Below the pieces are notes generated by a model. That model had not been told where the DNA came from and searched no databases. It saw nothing but the letters and a program-made list of their open reading frames with translations. This document shows positions 22,387 to 36,174 of a stretch of 64,000 nt of DNA, piece after piece. The position numbers and the translations under genes were made by a program. The number at the start of each line of letters is the position of its first letter. The stretch's first letter is position 1. The stretch is from Callorhinchus milii (lineage: Eukaryota), in assembly GCF_018977255.1 (NCBI RefSeq), contig NW_024704744.1:434001-498000 (forward strand). The letters run 5' to 3'.

Positions 22387-25300
22387 AACAACAACAACAA
22401 CAAGATTCCATTTATAGAGCGCCTTTCACGTCGGGAGGACGTCCCAAGGCGCTGTACAGTTGGGTCAGGACCCAAGCATTGGGGGGAAAGGGTGAGGGGA
22501 GGGAAGGGAGGGAGCGAGGAGGGGTAGAGAGTCGAGAGGGGAGCTGAAGGCACAGTCAAAGAGAAAGGTCTTGAGACCGGCCTTGAAGGAGGAAAGGGAG
22601 GAAGCGGCGAAGGCACTGGAGGATAGAGTTCCAGAGCCTCGGGGCTGAGAGGCTGAAGGCCCGACCACCGATGGTAGGGTGGTTGGGGCGGGGGATGTGG
22701 AGCAGACCGGAGCCAGAGGAACGGAGGGTAAGAGCAGGTAGGTAGGGGGATAGTAGTTCGGAGAGGTAGGAGGGAGCGAGGCCGTGAATGGCCTTGTAGG
22801 TGAGGAATAGGATCTTGAATTCGATCCTCTGGGGGATGGAGAGCCAGTGGAGGCGAGTGAGGGCGAGGGTGAGGGCGAGGGTGAGGGCGAGGGTGAGGGC
22901 GAGGGTGAGGGCGAGGGTGAGGGCGAGGGCGAAGGTGATGTGGGTGCGGTGTCTGGTGCGGGACAGTACACGAGCTGCAGAGTTCTGAATGACCTGCAGT
23001 GTGGAGGGAGGGCCGGGAAGGCCGACGGGGAGAGAGTTCCCATAGTCCAGCCTTGAGGTGGTAAAGACGTGGACCAGAGTTTCAGCCGCGTGAGGGGTGA
23101 GGTAGTGCCGTAGTCTGGCGACCATACGCAATACAAAAATGTAAAATTACATTTGTAAAGTGTCTTTCATGTCGGGAGGACGTCCCAAGGCGCTGGGATT
23201 ATGGTACTTTAGAATTATAATAATATAATCCTTGCATTTGATATAGCGCTTTTCATGTCTTCTCGATGTCTCAAAGCACTTCACAGAATGTACTGTAAAG
23301 TGGATTGACTGTATATTTGTGGGCGAACGCGGCAGCCAATTGCGCACAGCAATGTCCCACAAACAGTCGTGGATTGAAAATGACCAATTTATTATTGTTT
23401 TTGGTTTTGGAGTGTTATTATTAGGCTCTGTGTGGAGTAAGGAAACTTGCCCGAGGTTTGGCCCTCTGCCGGGAATTGAACTCAGGTCTCTCACTTGCAA
23501 AGCGAGTGCTCTAACCCAGGACCCAGAATGCGTGTTCATTTGTGTGTGTGTGTGTGTGCGCGTGTCTATGTGTTTGTGTGTCTGTATGTTTGTCAGCCCG
23601 GCTCAATGGGTTTGTGTGTGTGGATTTATGTCTGAATGCGTGTTTGTGTGTGTGTGTGTGTGTGTGTCTGTCAGCCCAGCTCAGTGTGTGTTTGTTTTTG
23701 TGTTTGTGTATTTGTGTGTGTTAAACTGTGAATGTATGTGTGTGTCGTTGTGTGTTAGTGTCTATGTGTGTCTGTGTTTGTGCCATTTGTGGAGTCCTGC
23801 AGCTCAGTGGTTAGAGCACTCGCTTTGCAAGTGAGAGACCTGAGTTCAATCCCCGGGGGGTCAGGGCCAAACCTTGGGCAAGTTTCCTTACTCCACACAG
23901 AGCCTAATAATAATCCCTCCAAAACCAAAAACAATAATAAATCGGTCATTTTCAATCTACGACTGTTTGTGGGACATTGCTGTGCGCCATTGGCTGCCGC
24001 GTTCGCCCACAAATATACAGTCAATTCACTTTACAGTGTGTTCTGTGAAGTGCTTTGGGACGTCCTCCCGACGTGAAAAGCGCTATATCAAATGCAAGGA
24101 TTATTATTATTATTATTATTCTCACTCTTCTGTCTCGCTCGATCACAGGATACACTGAAAAGTGTAGTGACTGCGTTTTGTCTACATAGAGGTTCTCATT
24201 GTTAAATCAGACTATATAGAGATGGCCATGTGTGTGCATCTGTNNNNNNNNNNNNNNNNNNNNNNNNNNNNNNNNNNNNNNNNNNNNNNNNNNNNNNNNN
24301 NNNNNNNNNNNNNNNNNNNNNNNNNNNNNNNNNNNNNNNNNNNNNNNNNNNNNNNNNNNNNNNNNNNNNNNNNNNNNNNNNNNNNNNNNNNNNNNNNNNN
24401 NNNNNNNNNNNNNNNNNNNNNNNNNNNNNNNNNNNNNNGGTTAGCGTGTGTGGGATTATGTCTGAATGCGTGTTTGAGCGTATGTGTGTGTGTATGTATG
24501 TATGTGTGTATGTATGAAATTAACAGCACAGAAATTAACAGCCCATTGTGTATTTGCAGCCTCCGTTATAAACAATCCTTTCACTCCTATTTATCTACTC
24601 TTTCTCCACACCCCGTTAGCTAACTTCTTTTAACATATATGTCTAGTTCCTTTTTGAAAGCCAAATGGTAAGGTGAATGTTCTGGAAGGATGAGATTAGA
24701 CAGGCTGAAGTACCTTCTTCGCAAGACAAGGATAAATGTTCAGCTGTACAAAGATGTTACTCATAAAATTCAGCTTAGACAGCTGAGAGTTTGTCACACA
24801 TCTGAGCTCAGCCTCTGCTCTCCACTTGACCACATTGAAACCATGTAAATATGCTGAAGATCAGACTCAGAGAGCAAGAGAGCTATTACCTGAGCCGGCT
24901 GTTTTATCTACAGAATTTACAATTTTTCACACATAGACGTGAACAGGAAGTGTGGTTGAGGCCAGAATTGCACTCATTTAATATGTAGTTTGATGTTGTG
25001 TTGCAAGGATCTTGTGACTGTTGACAGCAACCGACTCTGTTGAGTGATATACTTGGTATTATGAACGACACTTAAGAAGTGGGAGTGGGGAACAACAATA
25101 TATATGCCTTTCATGTCAGGAGGACAGTCCAAGCTGTTAGATAGACAAGTGTTTGCACCCTCGCTGGGGTTTGGAATCAAGAGTGGTGGAGGGCAAGGCG
25201 GGGGTGAGGTGCGGAGATAACCAAAGACACCAGTCAAACAGGAAGGTCTCTGCAGTGCAGGGAACATGGGAGCTGAGCTGAGGGAGTGGACAGGAAGTAG

Positions 25301-28300
25301 GGTGAGGGCTGTTGTGTAGCGAGTGATTGTGGTGTGGGGGATATAGTATGGGGCGGGGCTGTGGTGTGAAGGCAATAGTGTGGGGGAGGACTGTGGGCTG
25401 AGGCCTGTGAGCTGAGTCCTGTAGCTCAGCGTTAGAGCACTGGCCTTGCAAGCGAGACACCTGGGCTCAATTCCAGGCAGCGTGAAACCTTGGGCAAGTT
25501 TCCTTACTCCACACGCCTACTGCAGGCAGCAAGTTCCACAATTTCACTACCCTCTGCATCAAATACTTCCTCCTAAATTCTCTTTCAGATCCCCTGGCCA
25601 CTGGACAAAATTTGTAAAAAATGTGGTTAATCCGGACAAAATGCCACCCTGGTTCCTGCTGAATGTAATCACTTGCCCCCTGTGTGCCGAGCAGCTCCAT
25701 TCAGCCACGAGCAGTTGCAGGATGGCGATGGGTCAAATTAAGATTGATTGACAGTGGACTCCAGCCATTCACAAGTGGATTCAGGCTGTCAATCAGTGAG
25801 GAGCCGCTGCTAAGATGTCCCTTCCAGTCCATTGGGAACAGAAATCCGAGGGAGAAGGTGCTAAAATCTGTCCTCTGCTGGGCAGGAAGAGGTAAGAGAA
25901 CTTGGGCCAACCTTGGACCTCTTAAATTCACAAAACAGGTATCCCTGATGTGTTCGGCTTAAGCGGCTTCCACTGTACCGTGTCCTATTGTTACAGACTC
26001 CCCAACAAGCGGGAGCAGCCTATCTAAGCTGCTTTATCAAACCTTTTATAAGTTTAAACACCATTATTAAGTTTTGTCTTAAACATGTTTTCTCCAGTGA
26101 GAAAGGCCCTCACCAGTTTATCCTGACATCAGTATTGTGTCAATTCTACTATCATTCCATCTTCCAATCAATGGGAACCGTTCCAGAATCCAAAGAATTT
26201 TGGAAGATCAGACACAAGGCCTCCATCATCTCATGAGTTACCTCGTTTAAAACATTAGGATGCAGACCATCAGGTCCAGGGGACTTGTCACTTTGTAGTG
26301 CCAACAATTTCCCTCACACCATTTCTTTGCTAATGTAAATTTCCCTGAGTTGCCCCTATCATTAGCCCTTTGGTTCATCTCTATTTCTGGTAAACTTCTT
26401 GTGTCTCCTAACGTGAAGACAGAAGCAAAGTATTTATTTAGGGACTCTGCCATATCCTTATCCTCCATTATTGGAAAGAAGATATTGGAAAGAAGAGGGC
26501 TGAGAAACTCCAGGGCGAGTATCAAAATTTGGGGAACAAACTCAAGGCAAGAACATCCAAGGTGGTGATCTCTGGGTTACTCCCTGTGCCTCAGGCAATG
26601 GCGCACCATAATGAAAGGATCAGGCGTATGAAAGACTGGCTGGAAAAATGGTCCAGAAAAGAAGGTTTCCATTTTCTGGACAATTGGGACCACTACTGGG
26701 GGAGGTGGGATCATTACCTTGTGGATGGGCGTCACCTAGGCAAGGCAGGGGTTAGCTTCCTGGCCAAGGGATTATCGAATGCTGGGGGGGCTAATTTAAA
26801 GTGGCGAGGGGGCACAGGAAAATTTTCTTGAGCAGTATGTCTCCAGTCCTACGAGGAAGGAAGCATTGCTGGATCTAGTCCTGGGGAATAAAATAGGTCA
26901 GGTTGAACAGGTTTCAGTAGGGGAGCATCGAGGTAACAGTGACCATAATATTATTAGATTTAGATTACTCATGAACAGGGACAAAGTACAGTCAAGAGTG
27001 AAAATGCTTGACTGGAAAAGGGCTAATTTTGATGGGCTAAAGAGGGACCTGGAGTTGGGGGACTGGCCTGTAAGACTAGCAGGTAACACGACTCATGAGC
27101 AGTGGGAGATCTTCAAAGATACGATAGCTCAGGTCTCAATAGATATATTCCCACAAAAGGGAAATGTGCGACAACCAAGCCAGCCTGGATGGCCAGGGAT
27201 ATTCTGTCTCGGATGAAAAAGAAGAAGACGGCGTACGACAATTGGAAGACGCAAGACACTGAGGATAGCAAAGCGCATTATAGAGAATGCAGGAGTGATC
27301 TTAAAAGAGCGATAAGACAGGCTAAAAGATCGCATGAGAAGAGGTTAGCGGGTAACATAAAGGGGAATCCTAAAATATTTTACAAGCACATAAAGGAAAA
27401 AAGGTTAGTTAAAGGTAGGGTGGGGCCAATCAAAGGCAATGACGGCCATCTTGTTGTGGAGGCAGAGGGCATGGCTGATGCACTGAACGAGTACTTTGCA
27501 TCTGTCTTCACAACGGAAACGGATGCCCCAAATGCCGCAGTATTGGATGAGAGGGTAGAGGACATAGATCAGATTACTATAGACAGAGAGGAAGTTCTGA
27601 AAAGATTGACTGGGCTCAAAATTGATAAGTCACCAGGACCAGATGGGTTTCACCCAAGGTTGCTGTGGGAGATACGGGTTCAAATAGCGGAGGCTTTGGC
27701 CATTATATTTCAATCTTCATTGGACACAGGAGTGGTGCCGAGAGACTGGAGAGTGGCTAATGTTACCCCACTCTACAAAAAGGGGCAGAAAGACAAGCCC
27801 GGAAATTACAGGCCAGTCAGCCTAACCTCGGTAATAGGAAAGCTACTGGAGACCGTAATCCGGGACAGAATAAATCTCTACTTAGAGGAACACGAGGTAA
27901 TTAGAGACCCAACATGGATTTGTTAAAGGCAAATCTTGCCGAACAAATCTAATAGAATTTTTTGAAGAGGTGACTGCGAGGGTTGATGAGGGAAATGCGG
28001 TGGACATTATTTACATGGATTTTAAAAAGGCTTTTGACACAATACGGCATAAAGGGGTTAATAAAAAAATTATAGGCTCACAGTATTAAGGGACAGTGGC
28101 AGTTTGGATTAGGAACTGACTGAGTGACAGAAAGCTGAGGGTGGTGGTTAATGGGTGTTTCTCGCAATGGAAGGAGGTGTGCAGCGGTGTCCCCCAGGGA
28201 TCGGTATTGGGACCACTGCTCTTTCTAATATATATTAATGATCTGGACTTGGGCACAGGAGCACTATTTCCAAGTTTGCAGATGATACCAAGTTAGGTAG

Positions 28301-31300
28301 GGTAGTAAATAGTGAGGAGGACTGTAACCAACTGCAGGCAGACATACACAGAATGGTGGAATGGGCTGACATGTGGCAGATGGATTTCAATGTGGATAAG
28401 TGTGAGGTGATACACTTAGGGAGGAAAAATGATAGGAGGCAATATAGACTTGGAGCTCAATCTTAAGGGGGTGAACGTACAGAGAGATCTGGGTGTTCAA
28501 GTAAGCGAATCATTAAAGGTAGTGGGGCAGGTAGATAGGGCAGTAAAAAGGGCATTTGGTGTCCTGAGCTTCATTAGTAGGGCATAGAGTATAAGAGTAG
28601 GGGTTATGGTTAATCTGTACAGAACACTGGTTAGGCCTCAGCTGGAGTACTGCGTCCAGTTCTGGACACCTTACCTCAGGAAGGACATTAAGGCACTGGA
28701 AAGGGTGCAGAGGAGATTCACGAGAATGATACCAGGAATGGGGAACCTTAGCTATGAGGACAGTGGAGAAGTTAGGACTTTTCCCATTAGAGCAGAGAAG
28801 GTTACGCGGGGACCTGATAGAGGTCTTCAAGATCATGAAAGGTTTCGACAGGCAAGATAAGGAAAGCTGTTTCCGTTGGTCGGTGTGTCTGTGTGTGACC
28901 CGCGGTCACAGTCTGAAGATATCACCAAAAGAAGCAGAGGGGAGGTTAGAAGAAAAGTTTTCACTCAGCGAGTTGTTAGAATTTGGAATGATCCGCCCGA
29001 AAGGGCAGTGAAGTCCGATTCGATAACAGCTTTTAAGAGAGAACTGGACAGGTATCGGGGAAGACGGGTTTGTGGGGTTATTGGGAGAAAGCTGGTGATT
29101 GGGGTCAGTGAGAGTGACGCTCTGTCAAAGAGCCGCACAGACTCGATGGGCCGAATGCCTCCTTCTGTGCCGTAACATTCTATGGTTCTATGATTCTATG
29201 ATATATGATTATGATTCCTCCTGTCTCTGCCTGTAATGGACCCACATTTACTTTTGCTCGCCTATTCCTCTGGATGTATTTATAAAAACTCTCACGATCT
29301 GCCTTAATGTTCCGAGCAGTTTGCCCTCGTAATCCATTTTCTCACTCTTAATGAGCTTCTTGGTTTTCCTTTGTTGGTCCCTAAGACACTCCCAGTCCTC
29401 AGGTTTGTTACTCTTTTTGGCAGTTTTATAGGCCTTTTCTTTTTAGTTTTATACTTTCTCTAACTGCTTCTGGTTAGCCACGGATTAACTGCTTTCCCTG
29501 TGGTACTCTTATTCCTTAAGGGAATATGTGACCGCTGAGAATTTTGCACTACATCTTTAAACTTTGCCACTGTTGGTCCATTAATCCATTAATCTATTCC
29601 CCAGTCTATTTTAGCTAATTCTTCCCTCGTACCTACAAAGTCCGCTTTATTTAAATGTAAGACTCTTGCTTCAGATTTGACTACATCGCTGTCTAACTTA
29701 ATATTAAATTCTATCGTGTTATGCTCACTCTGCCCTGGAGGAGCCCTAATATCTGTATTACTGACTTGTCCTGTTCCGTTACACAAAACACGGCCAAGGA
29801 TGGCCTGTCCCTGAGTTGGTTCCTCAGCTACTGCTCCAGAGAGCTCTCTCATACACTCTATAAACTCCTCCTCTACCCTACTTTTGCCGATTTGGTTTTC
29901 CCAATCTATGTGAGGATTGAAATCACCCACAAATACTGTATTACCTTTGCTACACACTCCTCTAATGTCCTGATTAAATACCCTGCGCTATGCTGTGATC
30001 ACTGTTTGGGGGTCTATAAACTACTCCCACTGATGTTTTCTGCCCCTTGTTACTTAGAGACCCATACTGTCTCTACATTCTGGTTATCTGATTTTGAAAT
30101 CCTTCCTCCTCTATCCTTTTATTCCATCCTTTGTGAACAAGACTACTTCCCCACCTCATTTTCCACATTGTCTATCCTTCCTATAAGCTGAAAACCCCGG
30201 AATATTTAACTCCCACCATAGATCTCCCTGTGAGCATGTCTCAGTCATGGCTACTAGATTATACCAGTTTGTATCCATTTGTTCCTTTAATTCATTTATC
30301 TTATTCCGAATGCTTTGTGCATTCAGATATCGCAATTTTAATTTCTTACCATTTCCCCTATTCTCTGCTGCCCCGTGTTCTTTACTGAGCTTCTTTCCCC
30401 TCTTTGACCTATTCTGTTTATCTCTCTCGCTATTCTGTTCTACCACCTTTAGTTTTCTCAATATTGCTGGCTTGCGATTATTTCTAATTGTACCCCACCC
30501 CTGTCCTAGTTTAAAGCTTTATTTACCTCCCTGTGTATTCGCTTGCGAGGACATTTGTTCCCAGCCCAACTTAAGTGGAGCCCATCTTTTTGAAATGGAC
30601 CCCTTTTCCCCCAATACTGGTGCCAGTGGCACATAAAATGAAACCCCTGTGTTCCGCACCACTCCCTCAGCCATGCGGTTAACTCTCTAATTTGCTTATT
30701 CCTGTACCAATTTGCACACGTCAAAGGCAGCAATCCTGATATCACCACCTTTGATGTTCTTTGTTTTAATTTAGCTCCTTGGACTCCCTCCTCAAATCAT
30801 CACCACTAACCCTAACCTATATCATTGGTACCTATGTGAAGCACCACCAATGGATCCTCGCCCTCATGTTTCGGATTCTCCTCCGGCCTCACCGGGACGT
30901 CCTTCACCCCGGACCCCGGAGGGCAACAGAGCCTTCGGGTCTCCTGGCTGCGGCTGCAGACACGTGGGTCTGTCCGCCTGATAGTCTCGTCCCCAATCAT
31001 TACAACTTTCTGTTTGTTTCCCCTAATATTGGAATGATGTTTCCCTTCCTCCTCACAGGCTTCCCTGTCCACACTGGTTACAAGGATCTCGTACCTGTCG
31101 GCCGAGGTTAAAGCCCGAGGCTTCACTGCCACTCTCTCTGGTGGTCCCTTAACCTCCTGCCTGTCGGACACCCTATCCTGTCCTTGACTGATGCTATTAT
31201 CTATACATTCCCTGAGCCTCAGGGGAGTGACTGCTCCAGGATCAGACGATCCGGGAAGCTCTCACTTCCCTGATGCTGCGCAGTGTCTGCACCTCGGATT

Positions 31301-34300
31301 CCAGCTCAGACTCCCTGACACTCTGAGCCGGAGCTGCCTCAGGTGCACACATTTGCGGCAGATGTGGTCGCCCGGGCTCTGCCTTCCCTCCAGCAACTCC
31401 CACATGGCACAGTCCTCACACAACACCCATCACCCCATTGCCCCCTCTCCCACCCCCACTGTCCTCACAACAGCTGCCACCCCATTGCCCCCTCTCCCAC
31501 CCCCACTGTCCTCGCAACAGCTGCCACCCCATTGCCCCCTCCCCACCCCCACTGTCCTCACAACACGCCACCCCATTGCCCCTCTCCCACCCCACTGTCC
31601 TCACAACCCCACCACCCCATTGCCCCTCTCCCACCCCACTGTCCTCACAACAGCGCCACCCCATTGCCCCCTCTCCCACCCCCACTGTCCTCACACACTG
31701 CCACCCCATTGCCCCCTCTCCCACCCCACTGTCCTCACACACTGCCACCCCATTGCCCCCTCTCCCACCCCCACAGTCCTCACAACACCCACCACCCATT
31801 GGCCCCTCTCCCACCCCCACTGTCCTCACACAACACCACCACCCCATTGCCCCCTCTCCCCCCCCACTGTCCTCACAACACCCACCACCCCATTGCCCCC
31901 CATTGCCCCCCTCCCACCCCCACAGTCCTCACACACCGACCACCCCATTGCCCCCTCTCCCACCCCCACTGTCCTCACACACCCACCACCCCATTGCCCC
32001 CTCTCCCACCCCCACTGTCCTCACAACACCCCCACCCCATTGCCCCTCTCCCACCCCCACTGTCCTCACAACACCCCACCCCATTGCCCCCTCCCCCCCC
32101 ACTGTCCTCACACAACACCCACCACCCCATTGCCCCCTCTCCCGCCCCCACTGTCCTCACACAACCCCGCCCCCATTGCCCCCTCTCCCGCCCCCACTGT
32201 CCTCACAACACCCCCACCCCATTGCCCCCTCTCCCGCCCCACTGTCCTCACACAACCCCCACCCCATTGCCCCCTCTCCCGCCCCCACTGTCCTCACACA
32301 ACACCCACCACCCCATTGCCCCCTCTCCCGCCCCCACTGTCCTCACACAACACCTGCCACCCCATTGCCCCTCTCCCGCCCCACTGTCCTCAACAACACC
32401 CTCCACCCCATTGCCCCTCTCCCGCCCCACTGTCCTCACAACACCCTCCACCCCATTGCCCCTCTCCCGCCCCCACTGTCCTCACACAAACCCTCCGCCC
32501 CATTGCCCCCTCTCCCGCCCCCACTGTCCTCACACAACACCCTCCACCCCATTGCCCCCTCTCCCGCCCCCACTGTCCCACCCCCTCCACCCCATTGCCC
32601 CCTCTCCCACCCCCACTGTCCTCACAACACCCTCCACCCCATTGCCCCCTCTCCCGCCCCCACTGTCCTCACACAACACCCTCCACCCCATTTCCCCCTC
32701 TCCTGCCCCACTGTCCTCACAACACCCACCACCCCATTGCCCCCTCTCCCGCCCCACTGTCCTCACACAACACCCACCACCCCATTGCCCCCTCTCCCAC
32801 CCCCACTGTCCTCACACAACACCCACCACCCCATTGCCCCCTCTCCCGCCCCCACTGTCCTCACACAACACCCACCACCCCATTGCCCCTCTCCCACCCC
32901 CACTGTCCTCACACAACACCCACCACCCCATTGCCCCCTCCCCGCCCCACTGTCCTCACACAACACCCACCACCCATTGCCCCCTCTCCCGCCCCCACTG
33001 TCCTCACACAACACCCACCCCCCATTGCCCCCTCTCCCGCCCCCACTGTCCTCACAACACCCCCACCCCATTGCCCCTCTCCCACCCCACTGTCCTCACA
33101 ACACCCACCACCCCATTGCCCCCTCTCCGCCCCCACTGTCCTCACACAACACCCACACCCATTGCCCCTTCCCACCCCCACTGTCCTCACACAACACCCC
33201 CACCCCATTGCCCCCCTCCCGCCCCACTGTCCTCACACAACACCCACCACCCCATTGCCCCTCTCCCACCCCCACTGTCCTCACACAACACCCACCACCC
33301 CATTGCCCCCTCTCCCGCCCCCACTGTCCTCACACAACACCCACCACCCCATTGCCCCCTCTCCCGCCCCCACTGTCCTCACACAACACCCACCACCCCA
33401 TTGCCCCCTCTCCCACCCCCACTGTCCTCACACAACACCCACCACCCCATTGCCCCCTCTCCCCCCCACTGTCCTCACACAACACCCACCACCCCATGCC
33501 CCCCTCTCCCACCCCCACTGTCCTCACAACACCCTCCACCCCATTGCCCCCTCTCCCGCCCCCACTGAGAATTAAAGTTTTATTATTTTTAAAAGTTAAA
33601 TTCTTGATTAATCTTTTTTTAAAATTTAGTTTATTTTTAGTGTTGTTAATTAGTAGTTAGTGTTAGTTTACTGTTAGTCAGTAGTTAGCGTTGGCTGTTA
33701 GTTTACTGTTAGTCAGTAGTTAGTGTTGGCTGTTAGTTTACTGTTAGTCAGTAGTTAGTGTTGGCTGTTAGTTTACTGTTAGTCAGTAGTTAGTGTTGGC
33801 TGTTAGTTTACTGTTAGGTCAGTAGTTAGTGTTGGCTGTTAGTTTACTCTTTCAGAATGTTTTGATTGTGATGTTGCTCTGAAGTTACTTTTTAATTCTC
33901 CCGTTGGTCGCTTGGCTTTTTATCTCTCTCCGGCCTCTGCTCCTGATGGCTGACTGCTCCCCTCGCTCCTGGCCTCTGCTCCTGATGGCTGACTGCTCCC
34001 CTCGCTCCCCGGCCTCTGCTCCTGATGGCTGACTGCTCCCCTCGCTCTCCCGGCCTCTGCTCCTGATGGCTGACTGCTCCCCTCGCTCCCCGGCCTCTGC
34101 TCCTGATGGCTGACTGCTCCCCTCGCTCTCCGGCCTCTGCTCCTGATGGCTGACTGCTCCCCTCGCTCCCCGGCCTCTGCTCCTGATGGCTGACTGCTCC
34201 CCTCGCTCCCCGGCCTCTGCTCCTGATGGCTGACTGCTCCCCTCGCTCTCCGGCCTCTGCTCCTGATGGCTGACTGCTCCCCTCGCTCTCCGGCCTCTGC

Positions 34301-36079
34301 TCCTGACTGTTAACAGGAGGAGTGTTCTGCACAATTCTGATGTGCTCAAATCTTGACACAATCGTCCCTCTGTGGCCAAACCAACCTCTTCCTCAAGCTC
34401 AACATTCACAGCTTTGTTTGTTGTCACAGGAATGGCTCGGACGCGGCTTCCTGTTTGCACCACATCACTTGTGGTTCGTGTGAATCCAGCACTGAGCTGA
34501 GCTGCTCATCTGTCTGAAAGGCACCATATCAATATAAGTTGAATATATTGATATGGTGTCTTTCACACAGAAGAGCAGTTTCTACAGTTCAACGTCAACA
34601 AGCCTCGGGCCCTCCTGATCCCCCCCTTCGCAACAGTGTCCAGCTTCGCCACAGCCTCGCCCCTCAGGCCGCTGAAACCCTCATCTGTGCATTCATCACA
34701 ACTACGCTCGTCTATGTCTGTCGGACATCAAGTCCTGGATGAGGGCAAATTGCCCACAGTTGAATGTGAACAAGACTGAGGCCCTCCTGATTGGCCCTCA
34801 GCACCTTAGGCTCCGGCAACATCACCCTCCATGGTGTACACTACAACTCCCCAGACAGTCAGGTACCGAGGTGACTTGTTTAACCCTCAACTGTCTTTTC
34901 TCCCCCACATCCAAGCCATGACCCGCTCTGCCTTCCCTCACCTCCGTAACATCGCCCGACTCCGTCACTACCTCACCCCTCAGGCCACCGAAACTCTTGT
35001 TCATACCTTCATCACCTCCAGGCTGGACTATGCGAACACCCTGGTTGTCGGCCTTTCCAACTCCTCCCTCCACAGCTGCAGATAATCCAGAACTCTGCAG
35101 CCCGTGTCCTCTGAAAAACTCAAACTCCGTGACCCCATCTCCCCCATTCCCGCCCGACTCCATTGCCTCCCTTTCCTTCAGAGGATCCAGTTCAAGATTC
35201 TGGTCCTCACATCCAAAGCCCTCCATGGCTTCGCCCCACCCTACATCTGCGGCCTCCAAACCCCCTACCAACCCGCCCGATCCCTCTACTCAGCCGGCTA
35301 TGGCCTGCTCCTCGTCCCCCGACCCACCCGCCCCACCATTAGCGGGAGAGCCTTCAGCCACTCTGCCCCCAACCTCTGGAATTCCATCCCCCAGTCACTC
35401 TGGCTCGCCCCCTCCTTAGCCTCCTTCAAGTCCCGCCTCAAGACCCTCCTCTTTGACCATGCCACCGGCCACCCCCCTTCCCCTCCCCCCTCCTGACCCC
35501 AGCCCGGATCTGAAATGCTGTACTTTGTCCAATGCCTTGGGACGTTCTCCCAACATGAAAGGCGCTATACAAACCTAATGTTCTTGTTGCTGCTATCTCA
35601 ACGATAAGGAGCAATATCAAGTGCAAGGATTATTATTATTATTTGTTATGTGATGATAATAGCAAGAAAATGGTATCTCTGAGACAAACCAGATGGTCTT
35701 GTAGTTAGAGTTGCAGGAAAGTTTGTGAAAATTGTTTGTTCGTGTAATATTGGCCACTAACTGGCCTGAAGTCAGAACAAACCTGCATAAGTCAGAAGAC
35801 AAGAAGGTACTTGACAAAAAGAAGACACTGCTATTCACTTGTATTCTGCTCTCTAGATTGGTAATGATATCTTTCTGTATCATTAATATGGCAGTTATCT
35901 CTGTGATTGTCTCTGTGAGCTTGATTAACTTGTCCAAACATCCACTGATAATTCACGTCAGCCAAGAACTATTGTTACATTAGAAGGTGTGAATTCATTA
36001 TTCTTCCATATTTGGTCTGTATTGCAGTCTCTGGTTACATTAGCCTATCATCGCACTTAACTCACTCGGGTGGAAAGAA

Positions 36080-36085
36080 TATAAG
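36080..36085 (+). promoter_or_regulatory. Candidate TATA box (TATAAG) of the right pore-forming gene; mirror at 2703-2708 (-)
   Basis: TATAAG lies ~90 nt upstream of the ATG, followed by a pyrimidine-rich Inr-like tract ~30 nt downstream. A CRE/UPRE-like TGACGTGA is on the - strand at 35953-35960. Alternative reading: ttctcttcactcacAG (36147) is a splice acceptor of a 5'-UTR intron. Confidence 0.4.
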
Positions 36086-36174
36086 TGGAGGTACCTTTAC
36101 ATTCTCTCTGCAGACCTGAAGCTCAGACACCTTCTCTTCACTCACAGACTCACAAGTCAAGAAGCGATAACAAG

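Noticed and set aside
22000-22527. 175-aa ORF (and 19284-19616; LTR ORFs 20156-20362 and 21254-21460)
   Set aside because: These are off-frame readings of the decayed ERV integrase, the L2 tail and the LTR-like element.
31191-33660. Very long Pro/His/Thr/Cys-rich ORFs (740-794 aa; mirrors at 8725-10403)
   Set aside because: They are translations of the C-rich strand of the ~49-bp minisatellite, open in all three frames, with no domain content.
35617-35937. 106-aa ORF with a coiled-coil-looking start (mirror 2851-3171)
   Set aside because: Non-ATG start, runs into a SINE tail, and has no recognisable domain; it is conserved only because of the palindrome.
36085-36174. N-terminal extension MEVPLHSLCRPEAQ... 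in the ORF track
   Set aside because: It starts at GTG overlapping the candidate TATA box. The first ATG, in good context at 36175, coincides with the start of the crystallin domain.
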